From Neovahlkampfia damariscottae (taxonomy: Eukaryota), in NCBI GenBank assembly GCA_016618085.1, contig JABLTG010000014.1, forward strand, positions 124,001 to 188,000: 64,000 nt of DNA, written 5' to 3'. Made by a program: the position numbers and the translations under genes. Shown piece after piece: positions 1-13,626 of the stretch. Position 1 is the stretch's first letter; each line of letters starts with the position of its first letter. Under the pieces are notes generated by a model. The model was not told where the DNA came from, ran no database searches, and was given only the letters and a program-made list of their open reading frames with translations.

Positions 1-154
1 CCTAGAAAAATATTTTAAATTTATTTTTTTTGTATTTTTTTATTACTCCTGGTGTATAGTTGACTTTTGGTGGTTGTATTTTTATTTTTTTGGATGTATT
101 ATAAAAATTAATATTAGATTTTTTGGGTATTTTGGAATGACGAAACATTTTCAT
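1..154 (-). CDS. 5' end of a gene running off the window; probable mitochondrial presequence, product unresolved
   Basis: ATG at 154 reads MKMFRHSKIPKKSNINFYNTSKKIKIQPPKVNYTPG, followed by a GT..AG intron near the window edge; CCAAT box (ATTGG on +) at 207-211. Confidence 0.55.
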
Positions 155-246
155 AGTTGGCAAAAACTTCAACAAAAAAATAAACTCTGAAAAAAAAAAT
201 AATATTATTGGTTGAAATTATTCCGTAAAATAAAAAATGAATTTAT

Positions 247-1962
247 TTAAATTTCTTTTAAAAATATTAAATATTCATTTTTTAAATCCTCATTTTGAAT
301 ATTTTGTACTATTTCATTCATACAAAATTCAACAAAAAATTTAATCTCTTTCGTTGATGATTTAAAATCAACAAAGAATTTCAAATTTTCAAATGAATTT
401 AAATCATCTACTTTCGATTTATTTATGATCAATTCTAATAATTCTAAAACTTTATCTTTTAAAGTCAAAGATATTCCCTCATTTATAAACGAATCAAAGA
501 TCATTTTTAAATTTGATTTTAAATTTATAAAATTAGAAATTAGTTCAATACAGTAATCAATCTTATAATATTAGTTTAATTATTTATTTTAACAAACTTC
601 AATTTTTAAATTTAAATCATTTGGCGAATCAATCAAAGATTCCAAAATTATCATAAATATATTCTTTAAATAAAGAATGGAGTATTCTTCACAAAAAATT
701 AAAACATTTGATAATAATTTTATATATTTCATTTTAATAGAAATATCCCATTGAGTTATTTTATCTCCAATTTTTTGAATTAAATTTTTTGAATAATTTT
801 TAATTAATCTTCTTGATTTAATATTTGGATATCCATCGACAGTAAATGGTTCTTTTAATGGTATTAAATTGAATTTTATTTTATTTTCTTCTTCATCTTC
901 TTTTATTAATTTATTTCCTAAAAGAGTAATTAAATTTAAAGATTCTATTTTTATTGAATCTAATTCATCAGATAAAAATAAAAATAGAATTGTCAAAATA
1001 AAATTTAAATTATTTTCTAATTCCGATAAATTATAAATCCAATGTTTTATACATTCAAATAATTCTAATCTAACTGTAGAATTTAAATCCATTGATAAAT
1101 TATAAAATATATTTTCTAATTTTAAAATATATTTCTCTCCATCATATCCACCACAAATAATTAAATATTTTAATGTTTTTAATGATATTGATCTAACATC
1201 AGACCTTGAATTTGAGAAATTTGGTATTAATGATTTAATTAAAGTTTCAGAAAATAATTTAAAATTTCTAATCTTTTGACAAAATTCAATAGTGGTCAAA
1301 CAAATTTCCTTTAACAAAAGATTATTAATTTAATTTATTACCTCATTTATCTTATAAAAATCTTTAAATGATTCACAAATTGAATTCTTCAAATGATCAT
1401 CACAGTAAATTTCTAAATCTTCTTCAATAAAATAAATTGAAATTAAATGTAATAATTTAATTAATAATAATCTAACTTCTTCACAATTTTCTATAAATTC
1501 ATCTTTTTGATTTATATTTTTTGATATTCTTGAAGTTATAATTGGAAATATAAATTTCAAAATCATTTTACTTTCATTTTTTAATATTTTAACGAATTTT
1601 ATAATAATTTGAATAGATATCTCCCTACAAACATCAATTTTATGTGTAAATATTGATATTAAATCTTTATATATTTTTGGAAATATTGATTGATGGTTCA
1701 TCAGTACTTGATGTTCATTTGTTAATTTTTCAATTTTTTTGATGATTGAAATACATATTAATCCTTCTGATTCTTTAAATTCTTTTAATAATTTCATTAA
1801 TTCATTCTCTAAATCACTTGAATTTTCAAATTTCTTAACTTTGATTTCATTCTTTTCTTCTGATTTAGTTTTGATTTTAATTTTAGTTTCTATTTTTTTC
1901 TTTTTTTTTAATGGTTTTTTTACCATTTCATTAAAGAAATCATCAACTTCTTTTTCGTCCAT
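247..1962 (-). CDS. DNAAF5: HEAT-repeat dynein axonemal assembly factor (DNAAF5/HEATR2-like), 3 exons
   Basis: Three ORFs join through introns 1309-1341 and 562-597; motifs ENCEEVRLLLIKLL, LSDELDSIK, YPNIKSRRLI..ITQW resemble HEATR2. Confidence 0.7.
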
Positions 1963-2003
1963 TTTTTAAAGAACACAAACAACCAATTAAAATTCAATAA
2001 AAT

Positions 2004-2802
2004 TTATTTATATTGTTTCATTTTTTCTTCAATCAATTGTAATTCTCTCAATAATCTTTTCTTTTTTTCTTCTTCCTATATTTTTTTTTTAAAAAATAAA
2101 TTAATATTTTTTTTTACTTCTTCATTTTGTTTTTCTTCTTTTTTCCAATGATTTTCTTTTTTTTGAAATTGTATTGATTCTTCAGGATCTATTTAAAATA
2201 ATTAAATGATTCATATTCCTACCATCTACATCATAATATACCAATTTTCTTTCATTTTCTAAAATCTCTAAAGATTTCACCTAATAATAATTATCAATCA
2301 AAAAATAATTTTACATCTTCAGATTTTAGATTTAATTCTAAAACTTCAACCCAATTACTTAGTATTTGTGTTTCATTTGCTATACTTTTAATAATAAAAG
2401 TACTAACCTCGATTATCTTTATAGTAATCCAAAACAGAATCCTTCAATTTATTTGATGGATAATATCCTCTTCCTCTTGTAGATTTTCTTCCTCTGTCTC
2501 TATTTGGTGAATAGTTTCTTCTTCTTGGTGGAGAACGATCATAATTTCTTCTATTATTATTATAGCGATTATTATTTCTATAATCTCTATTATCTCTTCT
2601 ATATGGTTGATAATTTTTGTTATTATGTCTTGGTTGATCTATTGATCTTCTTCTTTGTGAGTCTGATGGAGAAATGGACTGATGAAAATTAAAAATATTA
2701 TTTATAAACCCTTAATCTGATAAAATCTTCTTCATTACTCGAATATCTGGAATTTTCTCTTTCAGTAGACCTTCAAAAAAATTAAAAACATTCTTCATAC
2801 AT
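2004..2802 (-). CDS. Hypothetical Arg/Ser/Asn-rich protein, about 7 exons; ATG split by the first intron
   Basis: Manual splice gives M-STERENSRY...RRNYDRSPPRRRNYSPNRDRGRKSTRGRG...RKLVYYDVDDPEE...MKQYK*; all introns GT-AG; absent from the ORF track. Confidence 0.7.
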
Positions 2803-2883
2803 TTTTTTTTTCCACCAATAAATTGTTTGAAAATTTTGTCCAATAGTATTTCTCGGAATTTTTCTATTTTTATTTTTTATAAA

Positions 2884-4394
2884 ATGAACAACCAAGAACA
2901 TACACAAAAAGTTAAAGAACTTACAGAGGCGTATTTCAGTGCAAAGGATAAAAGTGTTTCTGATTCTATCCCTGAACTCGAAAAAATTGTCAAAGATGCT
3001 TGTATTTTTTTTTTTTTTTTTTTTTAATTCTTTTTAGATGTGTCAAAAAATCCAAAATGGCAAGAAGTGAAAGAAAACTCCATAAAATCATTATCAAAGG
3101 CTTATGCTCAACAAAATCGTGCAGAAGATATCGCAAAATTGTAAACTATTCAAAATATTTAAAAATAATTTTATTTTCATAGATTAACTGATTCTGATGT
3201 TAGAAAAGCTTTTAAATTTTTCGCAAAGGCAATTACTGCAAAAATTGGTTCGTTTTTATTTTTTGTTTATTTTTTTTTAGTTCGAGAAATTTTAGACAAT
3301 TTAGGAAAAGTACCAAATTCAAGTAAACTTCAAATTTCAACATGTAAAGCAGCTATTTCATGGGCAAAAGAAGAAAAAAGAACATTTTTAAGACAACGTT
3401 TAGATACAAGATTAGCTTCACTGTAACCTTCTTAGTTTCTTTTTAACCATATTTTAAGTTTATTTGAAGCAGGAGAACATACAGTTGCATTAAATATTAT
3501 TGATACATTATTACCTGAAGTCAAAAGACTTGATGATAAAGCACTCTTAGTTGAAATTCAAGTAAAATAATTTTTAAATAACAAAAAATAGTTATTGGAA
3601 AGTAAAATTTATCAAGCACGTAATAATATCTCAAAATCAAAAGCAGCTTTAACATCTGCAAGAACAGCTGCAAATTCAATTTATTGTCCAATCCTTTTAC
3701 AAGCAGATTTAGATACACAATCCGGAATTTTAAACGCAGAAGAAAGAGATTATAAAACAGGATTTTCATATTTTTATGAAGCATTTGAAGGATATAGTAG
3801 TATTGCTACTACAACAAATGATTCAAATTCACTTTTAGCTTTAAAATATATGCTTTTATGCAAAATTATGTCAAAAATGGTTGAAGATATTTCAGGTGTT
3901 TTAAGTAGTAAAACAGCATTAAAATATAGTGGTGATTCAATTAATTCAATGAGAGATGTTGCTGCTGCATATCAAGATCGTTCAGTTCATGCTTTTGAAG
4001 CTGCTCTTGACAAATATCCAAAAGGTAAAAAATAAAAAAATGATTAATATGTTTAGAATTAAAAGGTGATCAATTAGTTGAACATCATATTGGTGAATTA
4101 TATGAAAACCTTTTAGAACAACATCTTTTAAAAATTGTTGAACCATTTTCAAGAGTTGAAGTTTCACATGTTTCAAAATTATTAAAACTTTCAAGAGAAA
4201 AAGTAGAAACAAAGCTTTCTCAAATGATTTTAGATAATCGATTAAATGGAATTATTGACCAAGGAAATGATTGTTTAATTCTTTTTGAACAAAATAAAAC
4301 AGATAAATGTTATCCTTATGCAATTGAAACTTTGGATAATTATGATCATGTTATTGATGCAATATTTGAAAGAGCTCAAGAATTAAAAAAATAA
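2884..4394 (+). CDS. PSMD11: 26S proteasome lid subunit RPN6
   Basis: WAKEEKRTFLRQRL, LTSARTAANSIYCP, DYKTGFSYFYEAFE, PCI domain; 6 GT-AG introns. Confidence 0.97.
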
Positions 4395-4422
4395 AAAAAA
4401 TATTTTCATTTTACAAAATTTT

Positions 4423-4966
4423 CTAATTTGAAACTTGGAGTCCATTCAAAATTAATTGAAAATCAGAAACTATATCATTTAACTTAGTATTTAATCTTTG
4501 TATTGATAATGGATTTTCTTCACTTTTTGATGAAATTAATGTCAAACTCTTAACAAAAAAGGTTAACTTCTTTTTTTTTTTATTTTACAAAATTATCATC
4601 AAAATAACAAGATATTAAACATTCTTTTGTTTTGATGTGAAAATTTGAACATTTTGAAGTTTCAAATGAAGAACCTAAAAAAAAGATTAAATTCATATAA
4701 TCATTTCATACAAAAACTTAGAGAAGATTTGATTTGATTTTGTATCAAAGGCAACAGTTGATCTTTGGTGATCTTCTTTTCTGGTTGTAAAGATAACTTT
4801 TGATAACTTTAAAAAATTAAACTGAAAAAAATTTAAACATTATTTGATCATAGTGCATGAGTACTAAATCCACTTTTCTTTCATAAACTTGTTCTATTTT
4901 TTGATTTTGTTCGTCGATTTGTGTCAAAACTTTTTGTGACAAACTTGAAGGTTTTTTACAAAGCAT
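4423..4966 (-). CDS. Small hypothetical protein (about 150 aa, 4 exons)
   Basis: Open after removing three GT-AG introns: MLCKKPSSLSQK...HIKTKECLISCYF...LQVSN*; CCAAT box at 5011-5015. Confidence 0.65.
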
Positions 4967-5049
4967 CAAATGTGAATGAAAAGTTATCCGTTAAAAATTT
5001 GAAATATTTGATTGGTTCAAAAAGAATATATGAATAGAAATAAAGAAAT

Positions 5050-8000
5050 TTAATTAATTTCAGTTTTTAAAGTTGTATGAAATTTCCAAGATTCATTTTC
5101 TTCATCAAAGTTTTCTGAAAATGGTAATTTAATTAAATCAACATATAATTTTGTATCAAATGGACAAGAACAACCAATAATTTCATCCAATTTTACATGA
5201 GAATGTGAAGAAAATTCTTTTTTTTCTTGATGTTCTTTCTTTTCTTCTTCAATAATTTGAGTAATTAAATGTTCAATATCTGATATTTTTGATTTTAATT
5301 TTGATGCTTTTGATTTATGAATTTGAACATTATCTTTTAAAGTAAATGTTGATTCTTCTTCATTAAAATCACACATTTCAATAATTTTTGATCTATAATC
5401 ACCAGAACTATTACCAGAAAGAGTATTATTAACTTTTTCTTCTAAATGTTTTTCAACATCTAAAGTTGGTAATGTTTTTTGAGATTTAAATAAATCTGAA
5501 ATATGATCTGTAATTGTTTCTTCACCAACAATTAAAATTCTTTTCATTAAAATTTCTAATAAAACATAAGATAAACAATTTGCATGAAATGAATGACCAC
5601 ATGGAAAAATATAAAATTTTGAAGGAGAAATAACAGGTTGAAGTTTGTTTGATGATCTTTGTTTTAAAGGTGGAAATAATAAAGCACCATTACAACCTGA
5701 ACAAATATCAGATTTACTTACATCTGATTTAAATTGTTGACTACCACTTAATTCATTTCTAATTGATTCTGAATCATTTGTTGATTCTCTCATTTCAATT
5801 CTTAATTCTTCATTTTCATTTTTATATTTATCTAATGATTTATTAATATCATCAACATAAGTATCTAAAAGAATATCATCTGGTAAAATTTTAAAAATAT
5901 CTTCCAATAAAATTTCATCTGGATATTCAGATAATAATTTAATTCCTTCTTTTCTATAATTTTGCATTTCATCTTTTTGTACTTCTCCTTTTTCATTAAC
6001 AGGTACTTTATCAATACAAAATTTTAAAATTCTAATTAATAATCTTCTTCTTTTTTCAAAATCTTTTACAGATATTAATGTATTTTTAGCCAATTGAATA
6101 TCATTATTTTTTAATGCTAATTCAACTGCAGAATCTGATAATTTCATTTTTGAATATAAAAAAACACAACTTGAATACATATCTCTTTGTAAACATGATG
6201 AAAATGCATATTGTTCTGTATAATGTGTATCTTCTATTCTTGTATCAATTGTTGATGAACCAGTTAAACCATAATCTTTTTCTCCTCCTTTTAAGAATTT
6301 AATCATTCTATCTGAATCAAATTTTGGATCTTTATGTGGAATTGAAAGTAATTGAACTTTTAAATTATGAATTGATGATTTTGAATTCTTTTGATCATTA
6401 ATTACAAAATCTAAATATTTTATAACTTTTTCACTTGGTTTCTTTTCATCTCTTCTTTCTTCATTTCTTCTACTTGCACGTGTAATAGTTTCAATACGAA
6501 TATCATCTTTTTTTTCTTCTTCTTCTTCTTGTTGTTGTTTATTTTCTTTTGATTTTGTTAAAGGATAAAGATATTGAAGTAAAGAAGGTATAACTTTATG
6601 TGGTTTTAAATTTGATTGATTTTGTTTTTTATCTGTAAAATCTTTTAAAATGATTTCTGGAACACTTTGTGATTTATTTTCTAATGTTGAATATTCAGTC
6701 ATTAAAGTTGGTAAATATTTATACCACATATGTTTTTTTCTTTCTTTTGATTCAGATTCTTTTGATTCAGATGATGTTGATTTCTTTTCAACTGAATTAT
6801 CATCATCTGTACAATATTTTAAAAGATTACGATACGCAAATAAATTATGATGATTATAAATATTATGTTGAACTAATTTTTCATAATCTTCAACAACAAC
6901 TGCAAATGTTCTTAAAAATTCAACAATTAATCCATGACTTTTTATAATTTTATAAATAGTTTCTTTACAACCTTCTAAAACATTATAAATTTTACCAGAA
7001 ATGTTTAATATTTTTGGTGTTTTTAAAAATGTTGTAAATTCAATTTTTGATCTTTCATATAATGATATTGCTGTTTTTTTCATTTTTAATTTTTTATTTT
7101 TTTCTTCTTCTGTGCATTCAATATCATATTTTTTCCAAATCATATTATGAAATCTATTAATTCTAATACAATGTATTTCTGTTAACCAAACTGCAATAGT
7201 TGTTAATTTTACTGCATCTGTTTCAGTTTCATATAAAATTTCAATATATTTTTTAATTCCTTCAATTTCACCTGTACCTTTATTAACAAATTTCATTATA
7301 ATTTCTTCAAATGGTCTAGGTGTTTGTGCATATGCATGTCCTGCTTCAATATATCTCTTTTTACTTAAATAGAAATCTCCTTCTGCTGATTTAATTAAAT
7401 CTCTTTGTGCTGCTTTTTCTGCATAAACATATGATTTTGCAAAGAATTCTGGTATATATTTTGGATTACAAGTTGGATCTCTTGCTCTTTCTAAATAAAT
7501 TCTCCATGTATCAAGTTTTGGTTTTTTAATAATAATTTCATAAAATTCTTCTGAATCTGTCATTACAATTAAACCTGTATTATCTTTATCTGTTACAGGA
7601 TCAACATTATCCGCATCTGCTACAAATGGACAAATATCACGAATTTCACCATTTCCATATCCATCAGCATAAGAAGTATATACTACTTTTGATAATAAAT
7701 GTCCTGATTTTACTTTTCTATTTTCAATTGAAGGTAATTCTGCAGGTTGAACAATAATATCAATTGAATCTGTACCAGATTTATATAAACAATATAAATG
7801 AAATTGTGTCATGATAACTCTTTGTGGATATTCACGATCTTGTCTTTCTTGTTTTTTTGATTTTTTATTTGGTACTGTTAAAAAATTGAAACAATTTGAA
7901 GGTGAAAAGAATTCTTCTTCATTTTCAATAATTTTACCATGAACAACACCACAATCTGCACTAAAACAATAATTATATGGTTTTCCTAAATGTTTCTTTT

Positions 8001-9914
8001 TAGTTTCAATATTATTTCCTAATTTTCTTTCCCCTCTATAAATTTCAAGTGTACTTTCATTCTTTTCAGGATCACCAAATAAACCAGCATCATTTTTATT
8101 CTTCTTTGCATTAAATACAATTGGTAACTTTTCATTAATTCCATATTCATCAAAAAATTTGAATCCTTTTGATGTTCCTTTGAATAACATTGCACTTATA
8201 AATGTTGTAATCATAACAATATATGATGTTGATTTACTTGCACCTGAATCAAATCTAAATACTTCAATACCTCTAACTGGTATAAATTTATATGGTGTTG
8301 ATTTATCAATTAAATCTAATTTATATAAATATGCATTAATATCTGAAACTTGATTAGTTTGAAGTGAAATATCAGTTGGTTTAGCTGTAAATATTAATCC
8401 TTCTCTTGTTCCAAGTAAAAGCATTTCTAATGGTTCATCAGGTTTACCAGTACTATTATTTGCAAACCATTCATCAATATTCCAAGATACACATGTAATA
8501 TTAAAAAATGGTGCATCTTTTTCTCTGTTGTTATCCTTTTGATTTTTATCTCCTGATAAAAGATCACCAAAGATTGGATCTCCTTTTTTCTTTTTGAATA
8601 TTTTAAATTCTTTTGTTTTATACTTACAACACTTTGAATACCAATATCACTTGATCCATTTGATCTCAATTCAAATTCTCCTTTTGCTGAATATGTAAAA
8701 ATATCAGTAGCTTTCTTTTTTTTTTTAAATTCATCTTCAGCATGATAAACATTAATGTATAAATGTTTTGGAGTTGCTTGATTATCTTTAAGACAACTCA
8801 TGATAACATGTCCTCCCAATGGATCAACATAAGTTTTCCATGGTTTCTTTCCTTTTAAATCAACTTCAATAATTGGATCATCTGGTGTATTTTCTTCTGG
8901 TTCTTTGCAAATATAAAGTTTAAAAACTTCTTTTTGACTTTCACGAATGACACAAACAAAAAATAATATAGTTTGTTTTTTTCTTAATGAATATACATCT
9001 GAATCTTCTGTTTCTTCAAGTGGTAAACGTTTGCGTACAAAAAAGTTTGTTAACTTTTTGATATCTTTCTTTTTTTTTGCTAATTTTTCTTTCAAATCTT
9101 TTTGAATATAATTAATACTTTATATTGTGTTTTTTTACTGTCATAAACTTTTTCAGTATATGGTTTAACACGAGAATAAACATCACGTGAATCAAAGTTA
9201 CGTTCATGATCTTTTATATTGATTGAACCAGAAATACCTGAATTATCTTCTTTTACTTTTGGTATTTCAGTTTTATTCTTTTCAGCAAGAGCATCTTCAT
9301 CTTCATCAAATACTTCTTCATTAGATTGATGCATTTTTCTTTCAAAATCAGCTTCAGCTTTTGCTTCTTTTTCTGTTAATGCTCCCATATCACCACTTGT
9401 GAATTCATCAAGTTGAAAACCTGTATTACGTGTTCCTTGAACAAATCTTTTAAATATTTAATACTTTTGTTTTTTTTTACTTTTTTAACTTTTTTTTTTT
9501 CATCATTGCAATTTCTTCTTCACGTTTTTTTTCTTCAAGTTTTTTTTCTTCAGCATCAGCACCTACTCCAAGGGCATCCATAACACCACTCAAAAATCCT
9601 TTTTTCTTTTCACCAGTTTCTTCACCTCCAGTTTCATTTTCTTTTTCGTCGTCTGACTCTTCTGGACCTATTTTTTTTTCACCTTCTTCAACTTCTTTTA
9701 TTTCTTCAGATTCTTTTTTTTCTGTTTCTTCTGTATTTTTTTCATCACCTTCTTCACCATCACCTTTCTTTTTCTTTTTAAAAATACCACTGATGGAATC
9801 TAGTTTTCATTTATTAATTTTGTCAATGGATAACTAACCTTTGATCTTATCAACTTCTTTGGTTGCTTCTCCTACAACACCGTCCACGGCACCGGTTACT
9901 AACATAGACGCCAT
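5050..9914 (-). CDS. VPS18: Divergent, enlarged VPS18/Pep3 (HOPS/CORVET core subunit)
   Basis: YVDPLGGHVI, ITCVSWN..LLLGT, AYAQTPRPFEEIIMKF, AVWLTEI, C-terminal CSGC...FYIFPCGHSFHANCL RING; four introns in the 5' part. Confidence 0.9.
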
Positions 9915-9982
9915 TGTTGTTCGTTTTTTTGCTCCAAAGGATTTGATTGGATGACTGACAAAATCACACTAATAAAATTTTT

Positions 9983-10345
9983 TTATTTTTCTTCTTCATA
10001 TTCTTCTTCTAATAAACGTATATTTATTGCTTGTGTTCTATCTTCAACTTTTGCGAGAACATATTTCACTTTTTCTCCAGATTCCAAATAATTTATCTTT
10101 GGACACAAAATTGAATTTTTCTATCACCAAAAAAATGAAAAGAATTAAATTATTACATGGAAAAATATTTCTTTTCCTTCTTTTGAAAAAATATGTCCAG
10201 TATGTTTTTCTGGATTATAGAATTTGACAACACCTTTTGTAAGAGTTCATAAAAATAAAAAAAAAATACCAATATTTACATTTGAGTTATTATTTGATAA
10301 CAATCGCACAAAATTTTTGTTCTTCAAAATGATTTTATTGTTCAT
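9983..10345 (-). CDS. Single cold-shock-domain (CspA-like) protein with N-terminal presequence, 96 aa
   Basis: Exons 10345-10270, 10233-10157, 10120-9983 give ...IGVVKFYNPEKHTGHIFSKEGKEIFFHKNSI...LESGEKVKY...RTQAINI; CCAAT box at 10364-10368. Confidence 0.85.
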
Positions 10346-10502
10346 GAAAAATTGAAAAATTTGATTGGATGTTAAAAAAAAAACATCCAATAAAAATAAT
10401 TCAATTTCTCAATTTTAATATTCCCTACTTTTTTTTTCTTAATTTTATGATTTTTTCTTTTAGTTTGTGGGTTCAAATTGTTTGGTGATTTGTATTATTT
10501 TC

Positions 10503-10512
10503 ATTGGCCAAT
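10503..10512. promoter_or_regulatory. Palindromic double CCAAT box ATTGGCCAAT
   Basis: Ends 9 nt before the gamma-COP ATG at 10522. Confidence 0.6.
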
Positions 10513-10521
10513 TTTTTTGTG

Positions 10522-13488
10522 ATGAGTGAAATGGAAAAAGAGAAGTATTTTTCAAAAGAAAAAAAAGATGACGATACAGGTTCGTAAATAACATATTTAA
10601 TGAACATAAATAGTTAAAAGTCTACCATATCAAAATCTTCAAAAAAGTTCTGTACTTCAAGAAGCTAGAATTTTTAATGAAACACCAATACAATCAAGAA
10701 AATGTATGTCAGTTGTTCAAAAGATACTCTATCAATTTGGTCAAGGAGAAGTTTATACAGCTGAGGAAGCAACTGAATTATTCTTTTCTGTGACAAAACT
10801 TTTTATTTCAGGCAACGTAAAAAGAAAAATCAATTTTAAAATTTAGATTCCTTTGAGAAGATTAATTTGGGTCTTAGTTAAAGAATTGAGCAAATCTGCA
10901 GAACAAACATTTGTTGCAAGTAATATTTTATTTCAAGACATGAATAAAAATATGAACACAGACATGCAAGCAAACGCAATTCGCGCTTTAAGAACAATAA
11001 CAGATGTAAATTCTATTTTTATTTTTATTTATATTTTTAGGAAACTATGTTAAATCAACTTGATAGACATGTAAAAGAAGCAGTTGTATCAAGTAATCCA
11101 AGTGTTTCAAGTTCTGCATTACTTTCAGGTCTTTTATTAACTTCAATTTCACCAGATATGGTATAAATATCATTTTATGTATTAATCACTTATAGGTAAA
11201 ACGTTGGGCAGGGGAAATTCAATCAGTTCTCAAAACACCACCAAAAAATTCAAGAATGGTTCAATATCATGCTATTGCTGTTTTATATTATTTGAAACAA
11301 CATGATCCATTAGCAGTTTCAAAACTTATTACTTCAAATACATCTGGTTTTCGTTCACCTTTATCAAATTGTCTTTTAATTAAATATTCAATCAAAGTTT
11401 TAAAAGGAGAGAGTTCAAAGAGCGAAAGAACAAAAGCTATATTTTCTTTTCTTGAAAATTGTTTAAATTATGAAAGTGATATGGTTATTTTAGAAGCAGC
11501 AAGAGCTATGTGTAGTCTTGATCTTTCACCAAAAGAATTAACACCTTCAGTTACAGGTTTTTTTTTTTTTTTTTTTTAATTTAATGTTAAGCTTTGGGTG
11601 CGTTTCTTGATTCACATAAACAAATTCATAAATTTGCTGCTCTTAGAACTTTAAATTCATTAGCTTCAAAATATCCTTTACTTGTAGCTCTTTGTAATGT
11701 TGAACTTGATAGACTCATTTCTGATGCAAATAGAAATATTGCCACATTAGCAATTACAACTTTATTAAAAGTAAGTTTTATGAAAATAATTCTCAATTTC
11801 TTTTTTCAAAAAGACTGGAGATGAAAATAATGTTGATCGTTTAATGAAACAAATTTCAAACTTTATGCATGATATTTCAGATGAATTCAAAGTTACAGTT
11901 ATTCAAGAGATGAGAGTATTATGCTTAAAATATTCATCAAAACATAATTCAGTTTTAACATTCTTAAAGTAACTTTTTAATTTGAATATTTAAATACAAT
12001 AATAGTTCTGCACTAAGAGATGATGGTGGATATGAATTTAAAAAATCTGTTGTTGATGCAATTATTGATATTATTACAACTATCAAAGAATCAAAAGATA
12101 ATGGAATTTCTTATTTATGTGAATTCATTGAAGATTGTGAATTTCCATTATTATTACAACAAGTTTTACATTTTCTTGGAGAAGAGGGTCCAAACTCTTC
12201 AAAACCTTCAAAATGTATTCGTTATATTTATAACAGGTTTTTTTTTTTTTTTTTTAACAAAATTTTACAAGAATTCTTTTGGAAAAAGCACCTGTTAGAT
12301 CTGCTGCTGTATCAACTTTAGCAAAATTTGCAGCTAAAGTACCTGAACTTCAAAAATCAATAATGATCATTCTCAAAAGAACATTAAATGATAGTGATGA
12401 TGATGTTAGAGATAGAGCTTTATTCTGTTTGAATACTTTAAAGAGTAATGAAAAGAAGAATGAAATTCTTGCACAAAGTAAAAAATAATTATCAAAATTT
12501 AAATTTTTTAGATGTTTTACCATTAGACAAAGTAGAATTGGTTGCATTAAAATTCAAAGAAGATGGAGATTTTTCAAAACCATTTGTTCTTGGTGATCTT
12601 TCAAATGTTCATCTTCCAGTTAAAATGGAACAAAATAAACAACAAGAAAAAGAAGAAATCATTAAATTACAACCAAAATCTAATTCATTAGATTTATTAA
12701 ACAATATTCCACAACTTAAAGCACTTGGAAAACCATTTAATATTTCATCTTCAATAGCACTCACAGATGTTGACTCTGATTATGTTGTTGATTGTATCAA
12801 ATATGTTTATAAAAAGAATATTGTATTTCAATTTGATTGTGTCAATAAAGTTGATGACAGAATTTTAGAAAATGTTGGAGTTGATTTAGATTTTAAATTT
12901 GATGGTATTGAAGAAGAATTTCAAGCAAAAGCATCACAAATTCCATTTAATTCATCTGGTTCAATTTTTGTTTGTTGTGAAAGAACAGAAGAAAATGATT
13001 TTGCAACTGGAAAAATATTAGTTGAATTAACATTTGATTATAAAGAAGTTGATCCTTCAACAGGTGAAATTATTGATGACGAAGAAATTGCTGATGAATA
13101 TCCAGTTGATAAATTACAATTAAATATTACAGATTATTCAAAAGAAACTGATGTTGAAGACTTTAAAGAAAAATGGAATGAATTAGGTGAAGAAAATGAT
13201 ACAAGTGGTAGTTTAACAATTAAAGCATCATCTCTACAAGAATCAGTTGATAAATTTATTGATTCAATCAATTTAAATTCTTTAAATGATAATCAAGTTT
13301 CAAAAAAATCACATGGTTTATTTTTTTCAGGTGAATATTGCACACCAAAATCAAATTTTATTGCTTTACTTTCTGTTAAATTAACTGAAAAAGATGGTAA
13401 ATTTGCATCTTCAATTTCTGTCAGATCACCTTCAAAAGATTTGAGACAATTAATTCCACCATATTTAAAAAAATCTTTGTCAAAATAA
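10522..13488 (+). CDS. COPG1: Coatomer subunit gamma
   Basis: VLQEARIFNETPI, ANAIRALRTITD, LISDANRNIATLAITTLLKTG, LCEFIEDCEF, appendage domain; 9 introns. Confidence 0.97.
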
Positions 13489-13570
13489 ATTTTTTAAATT
13501 TTTCTATTTTTATTCACATTTTCCACCAATCAAATTATCATAAATTTTTTTCTTTTTTACCAAGACCAAA

Positions 13571-13604
13571 GTAAGTGTTTGTCAATTTTTTAAAAAAACA
13601 AAAG
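13571..13604 (+). other. Candidate 5'-UTR intron of RPT2 (34 nt)
   Basis: GTAAGT...AAAG between the CCAAT box (13526) and the ATG (13627); typical intron size. Confidence 0.6.
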
Positions 13605-13626
13605 TACAAAACTAACCACTTTAAAA

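Noticed and set aside
11671..11680. ATATCCTT resembling a U12 5' splice site (also near 40685)
   Set aside because: Lies in coding sequence (Tyr-Pro-Leu); no gene model needed an AT-AC intron
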